Below, piece after piece: positions 28,324-37,566 of a stretch of 64,000 bases of DNA. Position numbers and translations under genes: made by a program. Where the stretch lies: positions 1-64,000 of the IMG/VR virus record IMGVR_UViG_3300033121_001642; one strand, written 5' to 3'. Each line of letters starts with the position of its first letter. Within the stretch, counting starts at the first letter, position 1. The notes below the pieces were generated by a model. It made no database searches and was not told where the DNA came from. It saw only the letters and a list, made by a program, of their open reading frames with translations. This stretch comes from a virus. Lineage: Duplodnaviria > Heunggongvirae > Uroviricota > Caudoviricetes.

Positions 28324-28829
28324 ACAATATTGATTGGCATAACGTCAACAATCAATCCATTTTGGTCTGTTGTTATGATTCCAAGCTTTTTGTTGTTAAC
28401 TTCAACATCCCTTGCTATTGTAAGCAACCAAACTCCTCTTGCAAGAGCGTCTGGTTGAGTTACCTCAAAGAATCTACAAAGATTATTGAGGTGATTGATT
28501 GCTGTTTCGTTGCATTCAAGAGTAATTTTGAAATTTTCAATCTTTGGAGCGTCAATGGGTATTTCTGTTGACGTTTGTTGGTTTTTAGAACTAATAGGGC
28601 ATTCTAAAGGGTTATTCGACTGTACCGTGTTAGGTTGAAATAATAGTTTTTCTTTTGTTATAACTGGAATATTAGCTTCTGCATTTTCTTCGTCGGTTTT
28701 GACGGTTATGGTAATCGCTTGTTCATTTTGAGAGTCTACGGTTGGTGTTTTGACGGTTTTTTTGGAACGAAACTTCCCAAGAATTGCTCCAAAAATTTCG
28801 CAGGTTGCATCTAAGATAGATTTGATCAT
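28320..28829 (-). CDS. hypothetical protein
   Basis: ORF only. Confidence 0.5.
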   Translation of the reverse strand: MIKSILDATCEIFGAILGKFRSKKTVKTPTVDSQNEQAITITVKTDEENAEANIPVITKEKLLFQPNTVQSNNPLECPISSKNQQTSTEIPIDAPKIENFKITLECNETAINHLNNLCRFFEVTQPDALARGVWLLTIARDVEVNNKKLGIITTDQNGLIVDVMPINIV

Positions 28830-28921
28830 TATCTGCTTTCCTTTTGTGTAAGATCGTCTTTTCTATTTACATTGCAAAGAAAAACACTTCCTCTGCTCGA
28901 TATACCTGTAAAGGAGATTTT

Positions 28922-29269
28922 ATGATCAAGAATCGAGAGGAGTGGCAAAAAACATTCATTACGAGTTTGATCTCAATAAGAGACTATTTTATAGAACAGG
29001 ATCCCTTAGAAATTATCGGCAAACAACACAGCGTCTCTATCTCTAATATTTTGATTGGATATTTCTGCGAAAGAAGAATTAGAGTTCCGATCAAAGAACC
29101 GTCGCCTTATATGACTTGCGAAGATATAGCAATCTATATCAATGACGAAGTTTTGTCTTATATTTATGACGAGTATCCAGATTTTATAGATATAGATTGG
29201 CGACAAATGTACGTTCTCAAGGAAGATATTGACAGACTTCTTTCTAGCGGCGACGAGGAAGAATGGTAA
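28922..29269 (+). CDS. hypothetical protein (start ATG 28922 with AAGGAG RBS)
   Basis: ORF 28844..29269 trimmed to the RBS-supported ATG. Confidence 0.5.
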   Translation: MIKNREEWQKTFITSLISIRDYFIEQDPLEIIGKQHSVSISNILIGYFCERRIRVPIKEPSPYMTCEDIAIYINDEVLSYIYDEYPDFIDIDWRQMYVLKEDIDRLLSSGDEEEW

Positions 29270-29624
29270 ACGTAGCTGTTTTATCTTCTATTTGAAGATC
29301 AAAATCAACGCCAAGATTTGACAGGAACTTTCTCAAGCTTTTCTCTGAAAAATAGTGACAGAGATGATTGTCGAAGCTTCCGTAACAAAGCTGTACTTGA
29401 AACTGTTCATTACGAAGTTTTTTAACTATGTTTGAGTACGGACAAAAACTATACTCAAGAGAGTCTTTTTTGGTAAACTTTTTTAGGCTTTTCTCTTCAA
29501 TCAAGGCGTAGGCGTGTTCGCAGTTTTTACAATCTATGAGATAGAAAATATGCTTATTTATTTTAGATACGTCTTTTGAGCCGCAAATAGCGCAAACTGG
29601 ATTTTTCAAGAAGATATCGTTCAT
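29244..29624 (-). CDS. hypothetical Zn-ribbon protein (two CxxC pairs)
   Basis: CAICGS...CKNCEH. Confidence 0.5.
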   Translation of the reverse strand: MNDIFLKNPVCAICGSKDVSKINKHIFYLIDCKNCEHAYALIEEKSLKKFTKKDSLEYSFCPYSNIVKKLRNEQFQVQLCYGSFDNHLCHYFSEKSLRKFLSNLGVDFDLQIEDKTATFTILPRRR

Positions 29625-30280
29625 AAAATCTTGATGGCTTTTTCAAATATCTTATCTACATTGTTTTGCGAAGAATACCATCCCTGAGGGCAGCCGCTTG
29701 AGAAATCCTGAAGATATTTCTCATACGCCTCATGCCATTTTTTTCGGTCATTTTCAGAAGCAATAAGAACTTCTTTGTTTTTGAAGCCCGTTAGAATTTC
29801 AGCCTTATTTTCGGCTTCTTTTCTAACCTGTTTCCATTCTTCGATTGTTTCTGTTATTGGCCCCCAGTGTAACAACTTCTTATCCTTTGAGACTGCCCAA
29901 AAGTCAATGGAAGGCATTTTGTGGCTTAGTATTGATTTCGTAAAGAGAACCGCTGCCGGATTGAATCCTAAGTCTTCTAGCTCCTCAGAAGACATTTTTA
30001 GAGCGCCATTGAAGCTGTTATCAATAGCGAGTAAATCACCAGAATCAAAACTGCATTCAATAAGAATATCTACGTCTTTGATTCTGTGATCTTTCTTGTT
30101 GAAGTTTTCAGCAAGAGAGCCCCAGGCGTATATGCTCTTAACTTGTTTGAAATTAGAAATACTCTTCGAAGCCTCTTTTAGATAAGGTTGAATGTCTCGT
30201 ATTCTTGGGATTGCTTTTTCGTACCATTTCATATGTAGGCTTTCAATATAGGCTTTCAATATAGTATTCTCCTTACACAT
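29621..30280 (-). CDS. hypothetical protein
   Basis: ORF only. Confidence 0.55.
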   Translation of the reverse strand: MCKENTILKAYIESLHMKWYEKAIPRIRDIQPYLKEASKSISNFKQVKSIYAWGSLAENFNKKDHRIKDVDILIECSFDSGDLLAIDNSFNGALKMSSEELEDLGFNPAAVLFTKSILSHKMPSIDFWAVSKDKKLLHWGPITETIEEWKQVRKEAENKAEILTGFKNKEVLIASENDRKKWHEAYEKYLQDFSSGCPQGWYSSQNNVDKIFEKAIKIL

Positions 30281-30378
30281 TATTTTCGGTATTCCACTTC
30301 TTTTTCCTCTTTACTTGGGTGTATCTCTTCTCTTGTGCAATAGAAATGCCGAATGATGGAATAAACGAAGAGGTTTAT

Positions 30379-31278
30379 ATGAATAACGAAAACATACTGT
30401 ATCCAGAGCAAGAAAAACCGCATAAAGCCTTCGAAGTTCACAAGGTTTTAGACGCTGGTTTTATTCGTCTTGTTGATTCGATGCCTAGTCCAACAGACCC
30501 ATACAGTATTCCTGCCGACGCTGCCATTGTTCAGGCTGCGAGGGTCTCTTATGGAAAAGGCACGAAGGCCGTTAATGAAGATAAGGGTCTTATTAGCTAT
30601 CTCATGAGGCATCGTCATACAACTCCGTTTGAGATGGTTGAGTTCAAGTTTCACGCAAGAATGCCTATGTTTGTTGCTCGACAATGGATTCGTCATCGAA
30701 CAGCCAATGTCAATGAGTATTCGGCTCGCTACTCTGAAGTTCCTGATCTTTGTTATATACCTGAACCCGAAAGAATAATGGGACAGAGTAAGACAAACAA
30801 GCAAGCCTCTGACGGAACCTTATCTCAAGACACTAAAGATTCTTTTATTGGCAGACTACAAACCGTTGCTTCTGAAACATATAGCGATTATCAGGAGTTT
30901 TTAGCTCAGGGCGTTTCGAGAGAAACAGCCAGGATGTTTCTGCCGGTTGCGTATTACACAGAATGGTATTGGAAGATCGATCTTCATAATCTATATCACT
31001 TTATTGCATTAAGATATGACGCTCACGCTCAGTACGAAATCAGAGTATATGCTGAGGCTATGTATAATATTTGCAAAGAACTCGCCCCTATAGCTACAGA
31101 GGCTTTTGAGATTCATAGAATGAAATCTGTGCATATTTCTCATGACGAAGTTGATATTTACAAGTCTCTAATGAGCGTAGAGAACCTAAACGATAAACTC
31201 AATGTTGCTTTTGACGCAAAAGGATGGAGTCCTCGAAGAAGAAAAGAGTTTATGGATAATCTGTCGAAGATTATGTAA
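30379..31278 (+). CDS. thyX: flavin-dependent thymidylate synthase ThyX
   Basis: RHRHTTPFEMVEF ... RHRTANVNEYSARYS (ThyX RHR..S.RY signature); GAAGAGG RBS before ATG 30379. Confidence 0.85.
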   Translation: MNNENILYPEQEKPHKAFEVHKVLDAGFIRLVDSMPSPTDPYSIPADAAIVQAARVSYGKGTKAVNEDKGLISYLMRHRHTTPFEMVEFKFHARMPMFVARQWIRHRTANVNEYSARYSEVPDLCYIPEPERIMGQSKTNKQASDGTLSQDTKDSFIGRLQTVASETYSDYQEFLAQGVSRETARMFLPVAYYTEWYWKIDLHNLYHFIALRYDAHAQYEIRVYAEAMYNICKELAPIATEAFEIHRMKSVHISHDEVDIYKSLMSVENLNDKLNVAFDAKGWSPRRRKEFMDNLSKIM

Positions 31279-31279
31279 T

Positions 31280-31843
31280 ATGAATTTTATTGTAGATCTA
31301 GAAGCAACTTGTTGGGAAAATCCAAGAATTCCTGATCTTAATGAAATTATAGATATTGGTATAATTGTTTGCGATGATAGGTATGAGAGAATTGATTCAT
31401 GGGAAAGTCTTGTTAAACCCAAGTTCAACACTAGATTGTCTGTCTTTTGTAAGAGACTAACTTCTATAAAGCAATCAGACGTTGATTCTGCTGAACATAT
31501 TGAACAGGTTTTTGCTAGGTTTTGCAAGTGGTGTAAAGAAAACGGTTACGATCCAACTAATCATGTGTGGTATACATGGGGTAGTTGGGATCTAGGCTGT
31601 CTAATTAGCGATTGCGAGAGAAATAAAATCTCTTTCCCTTTTGGGGAACATCGAGATCTAAAAACAATATATATGCAAAGAAGAAACTTATCTTCTCGCG
31701 AAAAATGCAATGTTAAGGACGTTATAATTAGGGAGAATCTTGGAGACGGTTTAGGCCTTCATAGGGCCATAACAGACGCTACTGCTGCTGCGAAGATTGC
31801 AAAGTTGGTGTTTGAACTTGATTCTTCGCAAGATCTTTCATGA
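31280..31843 (+). CDS. DnaQ-like DEDDh 3'-5' exonuclease
   Basis: Exo I VDLEAT; Exo II WGSWDLGCL; Exo III HRAITDATAAAKI. Confidence 0.75.
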   Translation: MNFIVDLEATCWENPRIPDLNEIIDIGIIVCDDRYERIDSWESLVKPKFNTRLSVFCKRLTSIKQSDVDSAEHIEQVFARFCKWCKENGYDPTNHVWYTWGSWDLGCLISDCERNKISFPFGEHRDLKTIYMQRRNLSSREKCNVKDVIIRENLGDGLGLHRAITDATAAAKIAKLVFELDSSQDLS

Positions 31844-32588
31844 CTTTAACATGATGTTTTGATCTATTTCCAACCTGTCCATACCAGACGCTTTTTTCCA
31901 TAAGGTTTGCAGCTTTTGCGTATTCTTTATTAACTATAGCTTTGCCTGTATTTATAAATTTTGATATAGTTGGACCGCCCATATTAAAAGACATATCAAC
32001 GCAAATAAGTTGAATTTCTTTTGGTTGACCGCTTAGGTTTGGAATCCATTTTTGAGCGTCAGAAATAGCAGTTTTCAGATTAACTCTGAACAGCTTGGAC
32101 ATTTGATCTTGACTAAGCGTTTCTTTTCCGGATATTAGACCTTCTTTGGTTGCTCCAATACTCTTAAGAATGGAATCTGCGTCTGGCCTTTCTAAATTGA
32201 ATCCGCAACCAACGGTCCATATTCCTTTACTATCTTTATAAGCCCTAGCTATGAACCCGCCTTCAAAAGGCGCAATAAATGATTCAAGCTCGTTTTCGGA
32301 AACCAAACCTTGAGACGCTTGTTGTGTCTGTTGTTGAAGTTGAGGGGCTTGTTCGGTTTTTACTGGTTCAAGTTTAGTTTGAAACTGTTGATTTTGAACC
32401 TCTTTTATAGGGGCTTGCTGTTTATTTTCAGGAACAGAAGGCTGGCCCATTAGGCTAAAACTAAGAGGTAAAGCTCCGAGGGCTCCTCCCATACCAAGTC
32501 CCTTACGAACGTCTTTCCAGTTTACGTCCGCTTCCTTGTGAAGGGTTAGATTCTTAGCTTTGATGTACCATCCGCTTTCTTGTTGCAT
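31779..32588 (-). CDS. GH24 (T4-type) lysozyme with N-terminal extension: MQQESGWYIKAKN.. followed by a Gly/Ala-rich weakly hydrophobic SAR-like segment and a Q-rich linker; possibly virion-associated lysin or SAR endolysin
   Basis: FEGGFIARAYKDSKGIWTVGCGFN catalytic region; ORF 32660 start is TTG; ATG 32588 preferred; alternative ATG (MGGALGALPL) with AAGGGA RBS. Confidence 0.8.
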   Translation of the reverse strand: MQQESGWYIKAKNLTLHKEADVNWKDVRKGLGMGGALGALPLSFSLMGQPSVPENKQQAPIKEVQNQQFQTKLEPVKTEQAPQLQQQTQQASQGLVSENELESFIAPFEGGFIARAYKDSKGIWTVGCGFNLERPDADSILKSIGATKEGLISGKETLSQDQMSKLFRVNLKTAISDAQKWIPNLSGQPKEIQLICVDMSFNMGGPTISKFINTGKAIVNKEYAKAANLMEKSVWYGQVGNRSKHHVKVMKDLAKNQVQTPTLQSSQQQ

Positions 32589-32661
32589 ATTTCTATATAC
32601 TTCGGCTTTATTACTTTCCCTTGATTGACGATACACTTTAGATTGGCATGGAGATTCCAAA

Positions 32662-33000
32662 ATGGAAAAAGTGATGAGTTTTAAAATACAAACAGTTGAA
32701 AAGGCGGTAGAGGCTTACGAGCAAATTAGGGAAGCTTTTTCCAGACCGGACAAAGCCGTTGTTGGCGAGGCCTTGATTCTATATACAGAACTTTCTGATT
32801 GGGGTTTTTTTGAAAAGTATAGCATTTTTGCGCCAGAAAATAAATGGCTATATGTCACAGTCATGGCTATGAGTCTAACTTCAAAAGCGAAGAGTCCTCT
32901 ATCGTTTAGCAAGAACGAGATTGGCAAAAGTAAATGGGAAATAATTCAAACAGCATTACAAAGGTCCGAGAAGTTTGGAAATAGTAAAAAGAAGGCATGA
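32662..33000 (+). CDS. hypothetical protein
   Basis: ORF only. Confidence 0.4.
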   Translation: MEKVMSFKIQTVEKAVEAYEQIREAFSRPDKAVVGEALILYTELSDWGFFEKYSIFAPENKWLYVTVMAMSLTSKAKSPLSFSKNEIGKSKWEIIQTALQRSEKFGNSKKKA

Positions 33001-33236
33001 GAGAATATGAATCTTTCTTCTATGGCGACTGTTCAAGAAGTGGTTATAAAATAAGCTATTTGTTGCTTAGTAGAAAGATAGGACATACATTTGTTTATGC
33101 GGACGATAAATTTGTTTTTTCTATTAAGACGGCTCGATTATTTAGAGAATTTGTAGGGTTCGACGATATCTTTTCTTACATAAATTGTTATGGATATATA
33201 TTTGATTTTCCGGAGATAAATAGTTGGAACTCATAG
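32997..33236 (+). CDS. small hypothetical protein
   Basis: ORF only, overlapping starts. Confidence 0.3.
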   Translation: MREYESFFYGDCSRSGYKISYLLLSRKIGHTFVYADDKFVFSIKTARLFREFVGFDDIFSYINCYGYIFDFPEINSWNS

Positions 33237-33559
33237 TTCACTGCATACTCTCTGTGTTTTTTGGTTATTCACTAGCCATTCTTCTTGTTGAAAAAGGAGA
33301 CGATTGGCCTGTTATTATACTAACTAAGCCATTGAAATTTCTATTTGGCAAAATTTATAGTAAACTGACTGGGCTTTTGGAGTGTACGGTTTGTTGTTCT
33401 TTTTGGGCAACTCTTATTGGTGAAATTGTGTTAAAGTTTTGGATTACTGATTTATTTTTATGGCCTTTTACGGGCATTATTGCTTTGGGCTTTACTTGGT
33501 CAGTTATAGAGTTTTTGAATACTCTAGATAAATCCAAACACAATGACGCAACCAATTAA
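33224..33559 (+). CDS. small membrane protein with CxxC (DUF1360-like)
   Basis: Three hydrophobic helices; LECTVCCSFW. Confidence 0.5.
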   Translation: MELIVHCILSVFFGYSLAILLVEKGDDWPVIILTKPLKFLFGKIYSKLTGLLECTVCCSFWATLIGEIVLKFWITDLFLWPFTGIIALGFTWSVIEFLNTLDKSKHNDATN

Positions 33560-33749
33560 AATAACCGGAATAGGCTGTTCATGGACTAGCGAAGAGGCTC
33601 TATTTAGCAAAAATAGGCTTTGCGAAGTAGGATTTTATGCCAAACTTTTATATATAAAAGAACATTACTATGTTCTGTATTCCTATAGAGACTTTACAAA
33701 CGAAGAAGCTATCGAACTTTTGAATAAGACTTTTGGAGGAAAAATATGA
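33543..33749 (+). CDS. small hypothetical protein
   Basis: ORF only. Confidence 0.3.
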   Translation: MTQPIKITGIGCSWTSEEALFSKNRLCEVGFYAKLLYIKEHYYVLYSYRDFTNEEAIELLNKTFGGKI

Positions 33750-34810
33750 AAAAACAATTTGTGTTTGGCCCTATTCTTTTTTTGGGCCTATTAGGATGGG
33801 CTTTTGTTTTGTCGTCATGCTCTCTTTTTCAAAAAGAAGAAGTCAGGCCCAACACGCCTCCAGCATTACCAACTGTTGATAAAGAAAAAGAGAACGTGGG
33901 CGAGGCGGCTAAAACAGTCGGTGAAACATCAAAGAGCGTTTCGGACCATGCCGACAAAATAGATACGCATACGACCTCGATTGAAAGCAAAACTCCACTT
34001 GAAATCAAAGAAGCTGTAAAACCAGAAATCTCAGGAATTAGAGAAGAAACCAAAGGTCTTCGTCAAGATTCGGCAACACTTTCTGCGGTAGAACAAAAGC
34101 TTAAAGACACAGAAAGTAAACTCGCCGATCAGCAAGTAGCGATTATTAAATATACAGAGTTTGCGAAAACGGCAGAAACAGAAAGAGCGAAGTTACAAAA
34201 TAAGATCAAAGATCTAGAAAGTTCGCAAAAGAAAATGCTTAATACACTTTTAGCTTGGATAACAGTGGCTTGCGTCGTTGGTATCGGCGCTTCTCTTGTT
34301 ATTGGATTCTTCTTTAAGACGCCTGCTGCATTCATGATTGCGGCGGGTTGTGTTGCAACTTTAGGCGTTTCTGTGGCGGTTAGTCTGTATCTTACACAAA
34401 TAGCATGGGTTGCTCTTGCTTTGCTTGGCGCAGGCTTTATTGCGGCGATTGTATACGTTGCACGGCAGATTAAGAATAGAGATAAAGCCGTTGGCGAACT
34501 TGTTCATACAGGTGAAATTGCTAAGACTTATTTACCTCTTTCAGCAAGAGAGAAGATCTTTGGCAATGCGGTCGAGCCAGGCGTTGCTCATAATGTTCAG
34601 TCTGAAACTACAATGAAACTTGTTAGAAACGTAAGGAATCTAAACAAAGACAAGAGAGGTTACGGCCTAGCTCCTGAGCTTCCTAAGTTTTGGAAGCCAA
34701 CATTAGGAGATTCTGTACAGCCAGAAACAATAGTCGCGTTTCAAGATCCTTATTCGCTAGCGGGCGCTCAATCGTTTACAACAAGCACATCAAAGACAAT
34801 TTTAGGATAA
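33746..34810 (+). CDS. putative lipoprotein / membrane protein: lipobox LSSC, long coiled-coil, two C-terminal TM helices
   Basis: Signal MKKQFVFGPILFLGLLGWAFVLSSC; coiled-coil heptads; TM segments 34240-34440. Confidence 0.6.
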   Translation: MKKQFVFGPILFLGLLGWAFVLSSCSLFQKEEVRPNTPPALPTVDKEKENVGEAAKTVGETSKSVSDHADKIDTHTTSIESKTPLEIKEAVKPEISGIREETKGLRQDSATLSAVEQKLKDTESKLADQQVAIIKYTEFAKTAETERAKLQNKIKDLESSQKKMLNTLLAWITVACVVGIGASLVIGFFFKTPAAFMIAAGCVATLGVSVAVSLYLTQIAWVALALLGAGFIAAIVYVARQIKNRDKAVGELVHTGEIAKTYLPLSAREKIFGNAVEPGVAHNVQSETTMKLVRNVRNLNKDKRGYGLAPELPKFWKPTLGDSVQPETIVAFQDPYSLAGAQSFTTSTSKTILG

Positions 34811-34907
34811 ATCAGCCTAAATATAACGGACTGCTTTCGAATACAAAGATAGTGCTTTTGTAGTCTTGTATACTTGATTGTAGTTGACACAAAGAAGGAG
34901 TCAATTG

Positions 34908-35717
34908 ATGATTAGTGAAGAATCAGTTAGAGATAAGTGGGAAGAGTTTGTTATAATTCGCAAGAACAAACAAGATCCACATTATATAAAAGCAAGAAAT
35001 TCCTTACTTGAGATTTATTATCCACTCGTAACAAAAGTGGCAGAGAGAATGCACAAGAAGATAAGAGAAGTCGATATCGACGACCTTGTTGCTTGGGGCA
35101 CGGACGGTTTGTTTCATGCTGTTGAAAGGTTTGACCCGTCTCTCAAGAATAAGTTCGAAACCTTTGCAATACATCGCATAAAAGGTTCTATTCTTGACAA
35201 TATTCGTCAGGTTGATTGGGTTCCACGTCTTGTTAGACAGCGATATTCTAAAATACAAAAAGCGAAACAAGTTCTTGAATCAGAACTTGGACGAACTCCA
35301 ATCCACGAAGAGGTTGCCGAGTATATGGGTATATCGCTAGATGAGTATATAGAGATTAGCTCAAAAGCTACTCCGGTAAGCTGTATTAGCATGAATGCTG
35401 GTCGTTCTGAAGATTCTGATTCAGGGGAAGAAATACAAATAGAAAGCATAATAATCAATTCAGAAAAACCAGACAACAACGTTCTTCGTGAAGAGATGTT
35501 CAAGAAACTCATGGGTAAGAATTTTATTCCTCTTGAGAGAAAAATCATTCACATGCACTACTACAACAATATGACGATGAAAGAAATTGCAAAAGAGACT
35601 GGTTACAGCGAATCCAGGATTAGCCAGATGCATTCAAAAATTCTTGAACGATTGCAAAGAAAAGTAAAGCTCAACCCCAACTACATGAAGGGTCTTGAGG
35701 CTATACTTCAGTCTTGA
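34908..35717 (+). CDS. sigma-70 family sigma factor (group 3/4-like; regions 2, 3 and 4 present)
   Basis: Region 2 LVAWGTDGLFHAVERFDP..FETFAIHRIKGSILD; region 4 HTH MTMKEIAKETGYSESRISQMHSKILERL; AAGGAG RBS. Confidence 0.85.
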   Translation: MISEESVRDKWEEFVIIRKNKQDPHYIKARNSLLEIYYPLVTKVAERMHKKIREVDIDDLVAWGTDGLFHAVERFDPSLKNKFETFAIHRIKGSILDNIRQVDWVPRLVRQRYSKIQKAKQVLESELGRTPIHEEVAEYMGISLDEYIEISSKATPVSCISMNAGRSEDSDSGEEIQIESIIINSEKPDNNVLREEMFKKLMGKNFIPLERKIIHMHYYNNMTMKEIAKETGYSESRISQMHSKILERLQRKVKLNPNYMKGLEAILQS

Positions 35718-35728
35718 AGGAGCGAACC

Positions 35729-36268
35729 ATGAGGGTTTACGTTGGCGACATCACTAAGGTCGAGGGTATAGACGTTATCGTGAACGCCGCAAACGGCATT
35801 GGAGTCATGGGAGCGGGAGTGGCGGGCGCTATTGCTCGTTCAGCAGGTACAAGTACCGAACAGAATGGCGTCAATATCAGAACAATTGTGGCTGATGTTG
35901 TCGAAAAAGAGGGTCCATTTGATGTTGGGGACGTTTACGTCTCTGACGCAGGACTTTTGAAACGAAGAGGAGTGAAAAAAATCTACCATGCGGTCACAAT
36001 GAAGTACCCTGGTGGACAAACTTCTTTAGGCACGATACCCTCTCTTTTGACGAGGGTTTTTGAAACAGCAATCGCAAATGGTGAAAACTCGATAGCTTTT
36101 GGAGGCCTAGGATGCGGTATCGGAGGTCTCAGTAAATCTGACGTTGCCAGAGAAATGGCGCATGTTGCTGAAGCCTATAACGGAAGAATCAAAATCGAAG
36201 TTGTAGACATGAATCAAGAGTTCGTAGACGAATTCAAAAAGAACCTGAGCATTCCGATCGAGACGTAG
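35729..36268 (+). CDS. Macro domain (ADP-ribose binding/processing) protein
   Basis: VIVNAANGIGVMGAGVAGAI ... GGLGCGIGG. Confidence 0.75.
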   Translation: MRVYVGDITKVEGIDVIVNAANGIGVMGAGVAGAIARSAGTSTEQNGVNIRTIVADVVEKEGPFDVGDVYVSDAGLLKRRGVKKIYHAVTMKYPGGQTSLGTIPSLLTRVFETAIANGENSIAFGGLGCGIGGLSKSDVAREMAHVAEAYNGRIKIEVVDMNQEFVDEFKKNLSIPIET

Positions 36269-36272
36269 CAAC

Positions 36273-36896
36273 ATGGTAACTCAATCTTCAATCACAATGC
36301 CGACTCTCGTTTTGAACAAGAGTTGGACTCCTGTTTCAATTTGCACTGCAAAGAAAGCAATTGCCAAGACAATGCTTGGTCTTGCTCAAATTCTTGATCC
36401 TGAGAGTTACATATTGTACAATTTTGAGGATTGGATGACTTTACCAGTCCGAGAAGGAGAAAGAATTATCAGGACTTCTAGAACTGAAATTCGAGTACCT
36501 GAAATTGTTGTGCTTTCAGAATACGAGAGACTTCCACAAAGAGAAGTCAAACTAACTCGTCGAAATCTTCTGGTTAGAGATAACTACACCTGTCAATACA
36601 CAGGCAGAAGAATCTCAATGGATACCGGAACTATTGACCATGTTATTCCAAGATCAAGAGGAGGCCTAAGCACGTGGGATAACCTGGTTATGTGTTGCTT
36701 GGAAGTTAATGCTAAAAAAGCCGATAGGACTCCAGACGAGGCAGGTCTCAAGCTTTTAAAGAAGCCTGAGAGGCCAAAGTGGAGTCCTGTTTACTCTCGT
36801 TTTGCAAGACTTGCTTCGTCAAACGTTCCGTCATCCTGGGCTCAGTTCGTCAAGGTTGAAGGAAATCCGTTTGGGGCAATAGATGCAGCGACGTAG
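36273..36896 (+). CDS. HNH endonuclease
   Basis: CQYTGRR..DHVIPRSRGGLSTWDNLVMCC. Confidence 0.8.
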   Translation: MVTQSSITMPTLVLNKSWTPVSICTAKKAIAKTMLGLAQILDPESYILYNFEDWMTLPVREGERIIRTSRTEIRVPEIVVLSEYERLPQREVKLTRRNLLVRDNYTCQYTGRRISMDTGTIDHVIPRSRGGLSTWDNLVMCCLEVNAKKADRTPDEAGLKLLKKPERPKWSPVYSRFARLASSNVPSSWAQFVKVEGNPFGAIDAAT

Positions 36897-37566
36897 AATC
36901 AGGTATTCGTCAGTCAAACAAAGGGGTGATGCTCGTAAGTGGTTGGGAAAGTTCCCTGATTGTCCAGTTTTTATACTGGGCAACGGGCCTTCTCTCAACG
37001 ACGAAGACATCACCCCTTTATCTAATTATTTGACCATAGGCATTAACAGATCTTTTTATAAACTTGATTCAACAATTCTTATGTGGCAGGACTCTAGCCT
37101 TTGGTATACAGAGCGAAAGAAGCTATCAGAAATAAAAGCTATCAAGTATTGTACCGCTCACGCAGATCCAGAAAATCGTTTCTATCATTTTAAGATTAGT
37201 CCTGGTGGTTTCGGACTACCAGAGACGGTATCAAATCTAAAAGGCAGCGGATCAACGTCGCCCTTGGCTGTTCAGCTTGCTTATTTAATGAGTTGTAATC
37301 CGATAATTCTACTTGGCTGCGATTGTAAACCAAGAGACGGCGAAAGCGATTTCTATGGTAATAATAAGTTTCACAATCAAAAAACAATGTCTCAGTGTTA
37401 TGTAGGTCTTTCTTGGATTAAGAATTTGCACGAAAGCGGCAAGAGAACAATTATTAGTTGCTCTGATAATGATTTGTTTCCCAGGCAATCTCTTTCTTCG
37501 ATTTTGTCTTCTATAGATACAAAGCATAAACAAAACAGAGAGTATTGGAATCAATTCTTGTTATGA
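36883..37566 (+). CDS. GNGPS-motif protein (PF01973 MptE-like/DUF115 or GT42-like fold), tandem paralog 1
   Basis: FILGNGPSLND ... ILLGCDC. Confidence 0.6.
   Translation: MQRRRIRYSSVKQRGDARKWLGKFPDCPVFILGNGPSLNDEDITPLSNYLTIGINRSFYKLDSTILMWQDSSLWYTERKKLSEIKAIKYCTAHADPENRFYHFKISPGGFGLPETVSNLKGSGSTSPLAVQLAYLMSCNPIILLGCDCKPRDGESDFYGNNKFHNQKTMSQCYVGLSWIKNLHESGKRTIISCSDNDLFPRQSLSSILSSIDTKHKQNREYWNQFLL

Noticed and set aside
32589-32660. Extended N-terminus (MESPCQ..) of the lysozyme ORF
   Set aside because: That ORF start is TTG and it abuts the divergent 32662 gene, leaving no promoter space. ATG 32588 or the internal RBS-supported ATG is preferred.
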